Source: Candidatus Poseidoniales archaeon (GTDB lineage Archaea; Thermoplasmatota; Poseidoniia; MGIII; CG-Epi1). Taken from it: a DNA stretch of 39,802 nt. The stretch is from contig JBJLCA010000024.1 in assembly GCA_045567915.1 (NCBI GenBank), positions 1 through 39,802 on the forward strand, written 5' to 3'. Numbering within the stretch: position 1 is the first letter of the stretch; every line of letters begins with the position of its first letter. The translations under genes and the position numbers were made by a program. Below the pieces are notes generated by a model. It did no database searches. It was not told where the DNA came from and saw nothing but the letters and a program-made list of their open reading frames with translations. Shown one piece after another: positions 19,450 to 28,948 of the stretch.

Positions 19450-22400
19450 CTACGTTCTTTTAGACCTATAACTAACGTATGCTAATCCGCCAACAAGTCC
19501 AACAACTACAAGAGCAATCATTCTGAAAGAATTGCTATCATCATCAGATGTTGAACTGACTGAAATAGTAATCGATTTTTCGTTATTTGTAGTATCAACT
19601 TCTGTTAATGTGGAATTTGTTCCAGGATCTATAACGACTCTTAAAGGATGTGAACCTTCAGTTGCAGTCCATACGGCTGTAACAGTTACTTCTTCATTAT
19701 CAGTACCATCAAATTCAGCAAAGATTATACCGACATTTTCGATTATGTTGTCTCCATCATAGAATGCGATAGGTACGGTGTGAATTCCTGTATTGTTAAC
19801 TAAGTTAGAGATTTTAGCAGTTAACGTTACTTCAGTTCCAACAGTAGGGCTTTCAGGATTCCATAATAATTCAGATACAATAAAATCGGGATCTTGAGCT
19901 TCTATAGGAGTGACTCCTATTTCAAAAGTGTGAGTTATATCCTCAACTTCGTTATTTGTTCCGTCAGTCCAGGAAATAGTTACACTGAATGTTTCTTTTG
20001 TGTCAACAGTAACGGTTTGATCTGGAGTTATTTGTAGTTCAGAGGTTACATTTTCTCCATAATTTACACCCCATTTATTTGGAGTAAATTCAGCAGTCCA
20101 ATTACTTGGAATATTGTCTATATTTAGATTGTAAATGGTATTCAAATGACCATTTGCAGTTCCATTAAAATTGAAAGTGACAGTTTGACCTAGTGCAACA
20201 TTAGCTTCCGTCCTATCAACATTTACGTCAATTCCTCTCATCAATTTTCTTTCAATAGTTTTGTTTTGAAGAATACCGTCTTTATCGTCAGTAATATTTG
20301 CGTTATCGTTTAGATTGAAAACATAATCATCAGTTCCAGACAAGTCTTCATATTCACTTACCAAGCTGTAAATTCCATCAGGAACTGTAATATCTATAAT
20401 TCCGTTTTCCATTTCAATTTCAAAGCTAAAATTAGCACCTTGCATATCTATTTCATCAAAATCTATAGCTTGAGAATCATCAGAAGATAGATATGTTTGC
20501 TTGAAATTAATACCTCTATTCAATGAAGCATTAAGGACTAAGGCTCCCTCTAATTCTAATTCAGCAATATCAACATAGCTTGTTTCTTCATTTGTATAAA
20601 TCCAAGATTGGTATGCTCCAGTATATAGATAGATTTCGTATTCTCCATTTTCATCAGCGGTTGCATTAAATTGCACATTAGTACCAGCCATGTTCCATAT
20701 TTCTATTTCTGAATTTGCTAGTAAGTCATCAGCATCAGCTACACCATTAAAATCACGATCATAGAATACAGTTCCGGATAATTTAACTCTCCAATCGGCA
20801 TCTCTCTTGAAAGTTTGTTGTTCTTTTCCAGCCTTAACGTAAATGTTTTGCGCATTCAATTTGAAACGTTCTTCATCGCCGCCTTCAAAATGAGTCATTT
20901 CGATTTCGTAAGTTCTTGGAATCATCTCAGGAATTGTAATAGTTCCACTTTCATCTGTAGTAAATGTTTCATCATAATCTGCAAAAGTATTTGTGAATCT
21001 TACCTCAGCATTGGTTACAGGTTGTTTGCTTCCAGTTGCATTGTTGTAGGTTACTTCTAAGGTAACGTTAACAGCGAGAGGATTTAGGGAAATAGTATAC
21101 TTCTCTGTATCTCCATTTACAATAAATGTATCTTCGAACAAGTCATATCCTTCTAAATCAACTACAACAGAATATTCGCCATTAGGCAAGTCAATCTTAC
21201 CATAATCGATAGTAGAACCAAATAAACCTTCATCAGCAATTGTTTCAGTAACAAATATTACATTGTCAACAGATTCAAATTCTATTTCTATAGCGCTATC
21301 TTGAATTAAGTTACCATCGGAAGAAGAGATTATTTCACCTCTGAAATAACCTTCATCTTTTAATGTTAAATTATATTCTTCAGGCCCATTTAGATTAATA
21401 GTTCCAATGAAACTGTAGTGTTGACTGCTGACTGCATCTTGGAAACTAACGTAGTAGTTTCCTCCAACTAAGCTTCCAGAGTATCCTTCGAATTTTGTAA
21501 TATCAAATGTAGTTGCACCATTGGCATTACTTACAGGGGTGAAAGTAACAATACCATCTTCAGGATTATCATTTAGATTTGCAAATCCACTGATATCATA
21601 TTTCTTTTCAGCCTCAATTGCCCCTAAATCGACATTAGTTTGCCCAATATCTATAATAATTTGACCTACAGCAAAATATCTTGTTCCATTATCATTATAT
21701 GAAAAAGTATATAGATAATTGTCAGGCGGTAAAATAACATCAGACAAATCTCCATTTTCATCAGTACTAAAATTCAAGCGATACAAAGGATCAGAAACTG
21801 GAGAGAATGAAATACTAGCATTAGCTATTCCACTTCCTTCAAAAGCAAAATTTCCAGTAACGGTTGTAGGGATACGTTTCATTTCAACAATTAATTCTTT
21901 TAGCGAATTTAGCTCAAAAGTAGTTATTTGTTCTTTGGTGCCGTTGGTTTCAGTGGAAACTTCATAAATATTTTCAAATGTATATCCGTATTTTTCTGCA
22001 ACTACTGAGTAATCATTAATTGGCAATATGATTAATGAACTTGGATTAGTAGCCCAAATATTTAGCGAACCAGTTCCCCCCTCTAGATTTATTAATCCTT
22101 CTAGAGGAATCTCATTGCCAAGATGTTCTTCGTACATTATAATCATTACATCTTGACCATAGTTTGAGGATATATTGGAATCATTATCTTCATTAATCAA
22201 ATTTACAGTTTGTAAAGCTACAAGGTTTTGACCTTCTTCTCCACCCATGAGTGCATATGCATTATAGGTTCCAGCAGGTAAGATAACTCTGTATTGTCCA
22301 TCTCCGCCAATAGTACTAGTAGTTGATACAGTACCTCCACTTATAGAATCAAATTTAATTTCAATACTTTCAAATCCCTTTTCATTTTCATCTAAGGTCT

Positions 22401-25400
22401 TATTTGCATTTACGTCTTCGAATAGTTTTCCTTCAACAACATATCCAGGCCCCATAGCTGCAGTAATTGGTAACGAAACTGTATTACTGTCAATTCGCTC
22501 TAAATAGGCTAGAGTATTATTTCCTTCTTCATGTAATGTGAATAAATCATATGTTCCTTTAGGCAGTACAGTAGCAAAGTATCCATTTTCATTTGTGAAT
22601 ACATTGTAACTGCCTCTCGCACCAACATTTCGTATAGAAATTTGTTCTTCTGCAATTCCCTCACCATTATGTGTTAAACTTCCTTCAATTCTAAAACCAT
22701 TTCTTAGAGTTGCGTTGTATCCAAGAGAACTTCCTTTTTCAAGAACAACATCAATGCTGTTATTTGCCCAATCAGCAGTATTATCTGCTAAAATACCCTC
22801 ATTCTCTAGTCTTAGGGTGTAATTGCCAGGTAGTAATTTTTCAAAACAGAAAGAAACGGGACGCGTATCGCTTTCATCTGGACATTCAGATGAACCCAAA
22901 TAGTTTTGATTTAAGAATGTACTGTTTACTAAACTTCCATTAGTTTCATCATACAATGAAACCGTAATTTGAGTATTTCCAATTTCATCGGCAGATACAA
23001 ATGAACCCCAAATAGAGCTTGGTTTCAGTGCTTCAGAAATTTCAATATCTTGACCAGCTCGTGTTGCTGAAGTACCAAGATATGAGCCCAAAACAACTTC
23101 GTGTTCATCTACTACAGTTGTAACAATATATTCACCAGGAGCTAAGCCTATGAATTCATATTTTCCATTTGCGTTTGTATTTACAATTGTTTCTACTTCT
23201 GAACGAATATTTGTAGCTTTAACAGGAGTAATAGCTAGCGATTCATCGACAGTACTACTGAAAGTTCCGTCTTTATCCATATCCCAGAATAATCTTCCAG
23301 TGATATTCGTCGGTTCGATTTCAATATCAATGTTAAATGTTGAGTTAACATTTGGAACCCTCATTGCAGCTTCTTCAGAAATATTTACTTTAAGTAACTC
23401 ATCAGCCGTTGTTCCAGTCAAAATATTATTACTAACCTTCCTAATCTTTTCGTCATCAGAAATTTTCTCACCTAGAGAAACAATTACAGTGACATTACCA
23501 GCGACAGACAAAACAGAGTAATTTCCGTTCTTATCTGTAGTTGCACTACCATGAGGAATACCATATTCATCAAGTATAGTTATGTTTGCATTTGCTACAG
23601 GATCACCACTTGGAGTTGCAACAGTACCTTCGATGGTTGCTCCATCATAATATTTCAGCATTCGTAATTGAGATCCTCCTGCTGATTTTACTAGTTTAAA
23701 GTGAGTTAAGTTCCATCCTGGTGCAGGGCTTTTTCCTTCTTGTGCCACAGCTCCAGTTATTCCAGGAATTCCGTCTTGTATTGGGCGGCCAATATCAGGA
23801 GCTGACCAACCTACAAACGCTCTAAAAAACATTGAGTTCAGAAATTTTTCTTTGTAAACAAGAACATCAGCTTCAATTGTCAAAGTAGGATTAGTTTTGA
23901 TCAATTCATTAATTTCACTGGCAGGTAACGTTTGACCATTAGAAAGAGTGTATTGAACTTCTACGTAATCGTTAATATTGTAATCAGCTAAGCTGATTGG
24001 TGCATAAAGAATACCGGTTTGACCAGCCTTTGGACCATATGCCATCATCCTTGTATCCGCAGCAAAATAACGAATAGATTTACCAGTAAGCTGTTCTATT
24101 TCCCATAATAAATTCGAAACTGTGGTAATATCCATAGTCATTAAAATTGGATTTCCAGCCCTTATTGCAGCATTTCTTTTGTTAATTTCTTTGTCACTTC
24201 CATCCGAATTCTTAGGAATGTAATCCTCAGGATTTGTAACAATGTGTTCAAATGCAGAAACATTTTCTTCATTAAGATATCCGTCTAATATTTTACTTCT
24301 TATTTCAGAATTGAACTTGCCAGTATCTCTGTCTACTTCAGTTTCCAATATCCTGTAAAGAAGAAGTGCCATAGCCTCATGCTCAGATTGAGATGCAATG
24401 AAATTACCTGCAATCTGGTAACCAAACTGGAAATTATCAGCTACAGTAGGGTGCTCTCCGATATCAATTGCCCAGAATCCGTAATCCCACCAAGCCATGA
24501 ATCCAGGCCTATCCTCTGGAGCTTTTTCAGTATCTTGTTCAGCTAGCCATTCAAGTCCTTCAATCCAATAATCAGATGGGAAAGAAGGCCCAGTATTACC
24601 CATGTACCATAATTGGTTTGAACTTAAGTTTGTAGTGTACATGCCAGACGTCCCTTCAGGATAGAGAGTAGCATTATTTCTTTGTCCATAATCAAATTCT
24701 TCAGGTCTAAAAAAGTCATAACTGAGGAAATTGTAAATATCAGAATCATGTTCTTTCTTATCCTCATAAGGTACACCGGCATCATATCCATAGAAAGTAT
24801 TTGGAAGTAAAATAAATAATCCTACGAAAAGAGCGACTAACGGTCTTTTCATTTCAAAAGATTTCCTTAATCCACTTATTCTATCTCTGAATCGATATTG
24901 ATCAATATCTTGAGAATCCATGTGCCCAATAACCATAATCAAAACAATTAGAATAACTGCAGTTAGTAGTCCAACAAGAACACTAATTGTGAAGAAAAAC
25001 CAGAATCCAAGGGCAAGAGAGAGTAAGGATAATCCGTAGAATAGATTTCCACGTTTTCCCCAATAACTCGTCCATGTTTGTAGTACTGAGGGGAAATCAG
25101 CCCATTGAATTATTAGCCAAGTTATCCAAGCACTTATTAGAGAAACAACAGGTGTTGCATTGAAAATGAAACGAACAGCAGATTGGGCCATAAACAAAGA
25201 CATAAACGCCCAAATCATAACAAACAAGTAATCCTTCTTCCAGACACTTTGGTTGAATAGTTGGTATGCCATCCATATGACTCCAAAAATTGCTAACCAA
25301 ATAGAAACAGGACCAAATGCAAAGATAAAATCTGCAAATTGTGGAGGCTGAGCCTCTGCAATGGTGTCGAAAAGTTTAGTTCTTACGAAATAACCTTGTC

Positions 25401-26556
25401 CACTGAATAGTAAGAATCCTAATTCTGTGAAAACATATGTTAAGAGTAAATAAAAAGAAAGTGCAAGAAGAGTAGAACTACCAATTACCAATAACCATGG
25501 TAAATCTCTAGTTGTAACCATCAACAAAGACATAATGATGTAACCAAGTAAGATGTAAGCTGGTGCTTCCCACCAAGTGCTAATGAATCCCATTGATTGA
25601 TAATATGGATATGATAAAAGAACAGGTAAACCAAGTGTTACCAATCCTAACATTCCCGTAGTTAAACTATCAACTCTTCTGAATGCGTTTATCAACATTT
25701 GGAATCCTAGGTAAATTGCAATAATTGCCATAATATACGGGAATCCTTTCCAACTCATAGCAATCATAGCAATAGTCATACCAGCTAAACCAGCATAACC
25801 TAAAGCAACTCTTTCACTTTTAACAAGATCAGTTAAGCCTTGCTTAATACTATCAAAATTACTCCAATCAGAAACCCATTTTTTATCATTAGATATTGTT
25901 AGGGCTCTCATAAAGAAAAAGAAAGCAGTTGTACCAAAAAGAATGATATAAGAATCGTGGTCAGCTAGAGCTAAACTTGAATGACTTACGTGACTTGCGT
26001 TAACTCCAATGAAAAAAGCTCCAAGTAATCCTGCTTCTTTACCAAACTGAGCTCTCCCTATCGCATAGACTGGGAAGACAATTAAGGCACCATAAATTGC
26101 AGGTAAAACCTGCATAGCCCACCAGACTGAATCTTCAGTAGATGAGAAGAATGGAGTTAAAATTAGGCCAACAATCGCAATCGACCAATCGAATAGAGGG
26201 GGACGGTTGTTATTTGCACCATATGGATAATTTAGCATTGGGTCTCTATCCAGATGTTCGCCGTTTTCAGCAACATAATCTACAACATGCTTGTGGTAGT
26301 AAGGGTCACTACCTCCAGTTAATTGGTAACCATCTTCAGTTGCAGGTTCAGCAGTCCAAGCTGTTCTAATGTAAAGTGAAAATACAAAAATTAGAATTAA
26401 TAATCCTACAGTTCTCCAGTCAACTTTACTGGATTTGATAGAGGTACCTACTTTCTCATTATCTGCAGAGTTAGCTCTGCTGATAGAAGGAGTTGGGCGG
26501 TTCTTGAAGCGACTCTTTACCTTAGAGTCACGTCGACGACGTGTTTGTCTTGCCAT
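19450..26556 (-). CDS. aglB: Giant oligosaccharyltransferase AglB/STT3 with a long extracellular array of carboxypeptidase-regulatory-like/Ig-like domains, a CARDB domain and a C-terminal TM anchor
   Basis: GSDPYYH, ADHD, TIAE, WWDYG and DNFQ motifs in the N-terminal ~980 aa with many TMs. Repeated G.V....G.P...A.I....TD.NG.Y beta domains follow, then PDFIVSEL...VVIDP....E....NN (CARDB) and a TM with basic tail. ATG at 26556 follows an AGGAG..GGAAGG SD-like sequence. Confidence 0.92.
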   Translation of the reverse strand: MARQTRRRRDSKVKSRFKNRPTPSISRANSADNEKVGTSIKSSKVDWRTVGLLILIFVFSLYIRTAWTAEPATEDGYQLTGGSDPYYHKHVVDYVAENGEHLDRDPMLNYPYGANNNRPPLFDWSIAIVGLILTPFFSSTEDSVWWAMQVLPAIYGALIVFPVYAIGRAQFGKEAGLLGAFFIGVNASHVSHSSLALADHDSYIILFGTTAFFFFMRALTISNDKKWVSDWSNFDSIKQGLTDLVKSERVALGYAGLAGMTIAMIAMSWKGFPYIMAIIAIYLGFQMLINAFRRVDSLTTGMLGLVTLGLPVLLSYPYYQSMGFISTWWEAPAYILLGYIIMSLLMVTTRDLPWLLVIGSSTLLALSFYLLLTYVFTELGFLLFSGQGYFVRTKLFDTIAEAQPPQFADFIFAFGPVSIWLAIFGVIWMAYQLFNQSVWKKDYLFVMIWAFMSLFMAQSAVRFIFNATPVVSLISAWITWLIIQWADFPSVLQTWTSYWGKRGNLFYGLSLLSLALGFWFFFTISVLVGLLTAVILIVLIMVIGHMDSQDIDQYRFRDRISGLRKSFEMKRPLVALFVGLFILLPNTFYGYDAGVPYEDKKEHDSDIYNFLSYDFFRPEEFDYGQRNNATLYPEGTSGMYTTNLSSNQLWYMGNTGPSFPSDYWIEGLEWLAEQDTEKAPEDRPGFMAWWDYGFWAIDIGEHPTVADNFQFGYQIAGNFIASQSEHEAMALLLYRILETEVDRDTGKFNSEIRSKILDGYLNEENVSAFEHIVTNPEDYIPKNSDGSDKEINKRNAAIRAGNPILMTMDITTVSNLLWEIEQLTGKSIRYFAADTRMMAYGPKAGQTGILYAPISLADYNINDYVEVQYTLSNGQTLPASEINELIKTNPTLTIEADVLVYKEKFLNSMFFRAFVGWSAPDIGRPIQDGIPGITGAVAQEGKSPAPGWNLTHFKLVKSAGGSQLRMLKYYDGATIEGTVATPSGDPVANANITILDEYGIPHGSATTDKNGNYSVLSVAGNVTVIVSLGEKISDDEKIRKVSNNILTGTTADELLKVNISEEAAMRVPNVNSTFNIDIEIEPTNITGRLFWDMDKDGTFSSTVDESLAITPVKATNIRSEVETIVNTNANGKYEFIGLAPGEYIVTTVVDEHEVVLGSYLGTSATRAGQDIEISEALKPSSIWGSFVSADEIGNTQITVSLYDETNGSLVNSTFLNQNYLGSSECPDESDTRPVSFCFEKLLPGNYTLRLENEGILADNTADWANNSIDVVLEKGSSLGYNATLRNGFRIEGSLTHNGEGIAEEQISIRNVGARGSYNVFTNENGYFATVLPKGTYDLFTLHEEGNNTLAYLERIDSNTVSLPITAAMGPGYVVEGKLFEDVNANKTLDENEKGFESIEIKFDSISGGTVSTTSTIGGDGQYRVILPAGTYNAYALMGGEEGQNLVALQTVNLINEDNDSNISSNYGQDVMIIMYEEHLGNEIPLEGLINLEGGTGSLNIWATNPSSLIILPINDYSVVAEKYGYTFENIYEVSTETNGTKEQITTFELNSLKELIVEMKRIPTTVTGNFAFEGSGIANASISFSPVSDPLYRLNFSTDENGDLSDVILPPDNYLYTFSYNDNGTRYFAVGQIIIDIGQTNVDLGAIEAEKKYDISGFANLNDNPEDGIVTFTPVSNANGATTFDITKFEGYSGSLVGGNYYVSFQDAVSSQHYSFIGTINLNGPEEYNLTLKDEGYFRGEIISSSDGNLIQDSAIEIEFESVDNVIFVTETIADEGLFGSTIDYGKIDLPNGEYSVVVDLEGYDLFEDTFIVNGDTEKYTISLNPLAVNVTLEVTYNNATGSKQPVTNAEVRFTNTFADYDETFTTDESGTITIPEMIPRTYEIEMTHFEGGDEERFKLNAQNIYVKAGKEQQTFKRDADWRVKLSGTVFYDRDFNGVADADDLLANSEIEIWNMAGTNVQFNATADENGEYEIYLYTGAYQSWIYTNEETSYVDIAELELEGALVLNASLNRGINFKQTYLSSDDSQAIDFDEIDMQGANFSFEIEMENGIIDITVPDGIYSLVSEYEDLSGTDDYVFNLNDNANITDDKDGILQNKTIERKLMRGIDVNVDRTEANVALGQTVTFNFNGTANGHLNTIYNLNIDNIPSNWTAEFTPNKWGVNYGENVTSELQITPDQTVTVDTKETFSVTISWTDGTNNEVEDITHTFEIGVTPIEAQDPDFIVSELLWNPESPTVGTEVTLTAKISNLVNNTGIHTVPIAFYDGDNIIENVGIIFAEFDGTDNEEVTVTAVWTATEGSHPLRVVIDPGTNSTLTEVDTTNNEKSITISVSSTSDDDSNSFRMIALVVVGLVGGLAYVSYRSKRT

Positions 26557-26616
26557 TGATGTTGTGTCCTTCCTGCTCCTCAAAAATTGGAGACGGATTG
26601 GGCGCCACTCGGATGG

Positions 26617-26624
26617 TTATATAA
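26617..26624 (-). promoter_or_regulatory. TATA box for aglB
   Basis: TTATATAA about 60 nt upstream of the ATG, implying a ~35-nt leader with an SD. Confidence 0.55.
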
Positions 26625-26655
26625 GCTCTACCCTAAAATCAGCTTTAAATCGTGC

Positions 26656-27936
26656 TTAAAGTGAAGGATGTATTTCACCATTGCAATCTCCAAATCCAAT
26701 GTTGTAACCTTTACCTTTACAAAATCCTTTCAAAGTTACAATATCGCCATCTTCCAAGAAGGTTCGTTCTTCACCATTAGGAAGTGTGATTGGCTCTTTA
26801 CCTCCCCATGAAATTTCAAGCATGGAACCGCGACTATCTTTATCGGGTCCAGAAATAGTCCCACTAGCTAGTAAATCTCCAGTTCTAAGATTACATCCGG
26901 TAACAGTATGATGGGCAATCTGTTGAGCCATATTCCAATACAAATAGTTGTAATTTGTTTTAGAGATTACACACGATTCTTCCATATTCTTAGTTTGTAA
27001 ATGTATTTCCAATTCTATATCAAAATTATGGTCACTTTTATTTTTCAAATAATCGAATGGTTCAGGATCTTGTTTAGGACTTTTACACCTAAACGGCTCT
27101 AAAGCTTCCAAAGTAATAATCCATGGGGAAATAGAAGTTGCAAAATTCTTTGCTAAGAAAGGTCCAAGTGGAATATATTCCCATGTCTGCAGATCTCTGG
27201 CAGACCAGTCATTTATTAGAGATAATCCAAACACGTGATTTTCAGCTTCATCAACAGGAACAGGTTCACTTAGGGGATTTCCTGAACCAATCAAAACACC
27301 CATTTCAAGTTCAAAATCTAATCTCTTACAATCTCCAAAGACTGGTTCGTCAGAGTTAGGTGGTTTAGTTTGCCCTTTTGGACGTACAATCTCAGTACCG
27401 CTGAGTACAACAGAAGACGCACGGCCATGATATCCTACAGGGAGATGGAGCCAATTTGGCATCAAAGCAGCATCAGGCCCTCTGAACATAGTCCCTACAT
27501 TAGTTGCGTGTTCTCTTGATGAATAAAAATCGGTGTAGTCTCCAATATCAACAGGTAATTGCATATCTACGTCATCTTTTGAAATAACAGCCACATTCTT
27601 TAATTCTTCATTATCTCGTAAAGTTGGATTGTCTTCACTTAAGATTTCACTTATTTTTAGCCTAGTTTCTTTCCATGCTTTTCTTCCCATGGACATAAAT
27701 GCGTTCAAAGTAGGTTCATGAAATATTTCAGCTCCTTCTATTTCAGTTCCTTCAAAGATTCCAGCCTCATCTAAGTGTGCTAAATCAATTACGAAATCTC
27801 CAATTGCAGTTACAACATGCAAGTCTCCACCTTCTTTTGGGCTACAAACTCCAAAGGGTATATTTTGTATAGGAAAATCTGAGTTTTCATTTACATTTAT
27901 CCAAGATTTTAGATTTGAATCGTGTGTTTTATCCAT
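26656..27936 (-). CDS. fahA: Fumarylacetoacetase
   Basis: SDFPIQNIPFG, IGDYTDFYSSREHATNVG, PVGYHGRASS, LDFELE, NDWSARD.Q.WEY.PLGPF, GDLLASGTISG. Start overlaps the upstream stop (TAATG). Confidence 0.96.
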   Translation of the reverse strand: MDKTHDSNLKSWINVNENSDFPIQNIPFGVCSPKEGGDLHVVTAIGDFVIDLAHLDEAGIFEGTEIEGAEIFHEPTLNAFMSMGRKAWKETRLKISEILSEDNPTLRDNEELKNVAVISKDDVDMQLPVDIGDYTDFYSSREHATNVGTMFRGPDAALMPNWLHLPVGYHGRASSVVLSGTEIVRPKGQTKPPNSDEPVFGDCKRLDFELEMGVLIGSGNPLSEPVPVDEAENHVFGLSLINDWSARDLQTWEYIPLGPFLAKNFATSISPWIITLEALEPFRCKSPKQDPEPFDYLKNKSDHNFDIELEIHLQTKNMEESCVISKTNYNYLYWNMAQQIAHHTVTGCNLRTGDLLASGTISGPDKDSRGSMLEISWGGKEPITLPNGEERTFLEDGDIVTLKGFCKGKGYNIGFGDCNGEIHPSL

Positions 27937-28943
27937 TACATCCATCCTAATTGTGTTAAGTCATCTATGGGCTCTTGAAAAGAGCAACTGCCAAAAGAAA
28001 TTGCTGCATTTTCTCGACTTTGCATAATGTTTTCCTTTGAGATTTCAAATCTTGAATCACGATCATCTCCTACTTTCCATGTCATTTTATCGTCTAGAAA
28101 TTCAAAATCAGATTCATTTTGACAATCAATCATATGTGATAATAAAATAAACATTCTAAACTTTTCTTGTTCATTTTTAGGTTTCGGAAAGGTTGAAGCA
28201 AAAGCACTTGCACCGAACATGTTTATGAATCCGTGCATTTCAGTATCATATTCACTAGAGTGGTGTCTAATTGGATGGTGAAGCCCAGCAGTAAACTTCA
28301 GTGGTACTTTAGATATGCTACAATTTTGTATCATGGCAGCAACTTGTTCTACAGAAGGAAATGCGTCTTTTACAATGCCTCCACATCTTAACTTAATTCC
28401 AGTTTTTTCTAACTTGGAAATCATTTCAATAGTAGGTGTAATCTTTTCATCCCAATCACCTTCATCTTCATTTGTAGCATAATTAATTCCAACATAAGGT
28501 AATTCGGGAAATTCATGATAGTGTTCTAAATCATTTGTATTTAGCAAGTTTACAATTTTCACCATGACTTCTTTCGAAGGGGCCTCTGAAGGTAGTTTCG
28601 TTTCTATAACCTCAATTGTAATTTTTCCATTATGTTTTTCCCTATATTTATTGATTATAGATATTTCCTTTTCAGTTTGTTCTAGAAATTCCTTATCTGA
28701 GGTACTTTGTCCACCTAAAACGGATAATCGAAGAGTTCCAATTTCATTAAACTTAGAGATATATTTTTCTAGTTCGTTTAATTTTGAAATAGGTATGATA
28801 AACCGCCCTAGCATCCATTTTTTCTCTTCGCTAAAATGTGCAATATATTCGTCTATCGCTTCATCAAGAGGCAATTTTGCTGGAGGGAATAGACCTGCAT
28901 AGTCTATCAATCCATTCATGAATTTTTCTAGACTATTTTTCAT
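27936..28943 (-). CDS. Conserved hypothetical protein (orfX) inside the homogentisate operon
   Basis: 335 aa from ATG 28943. Motif-like blocks LIDYAGLFPPA, LGRFIIP, KLRCGG, KFTAGLHHP, HGFIN, SFGSCSFQEP. Coupled to hmgA and fahA. Confidence 0.85.
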   Translation of the reverse strand: MKNSLEKFMNGLIDYAGLFPPAKLPLDEAIDEYIAHFSEEKKWMLGRFIIPISKLNELEKYISKFNEIGTLRLSVLGGQSTSDKEFLEQTEKEISIINKYREKHNGKITIEVIETKLPSEAPSKEVMVKIVNLLNTNDLEHYHEFPELPYVGINYATNEDEGDWDEKITPTIEMISKLEKTGIKLRCGGIVKDAFPSVEQVAAMIQNCSISKVPLKFTAGLHHPIRHHSSEYDTEMHGFINMFGASAFASTFPKPKNEQEKFRMFILLSHMIDCQNESDFEFLDDKMTWKVGDDRDSRFEISKENIMQSRENAAISFGSCSFQEPIDDLTQLGWM

Positions 28944-28948
28944 CAAAT

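Noticed and set aside
26500-26583. Twin-arginine signal or longer start for aglB
   Set aside because: TRRRRD is not followed by the FLK-type motif or an immediate H-region. ATG 26556 has a good SD, unlike the TTG at 26583.
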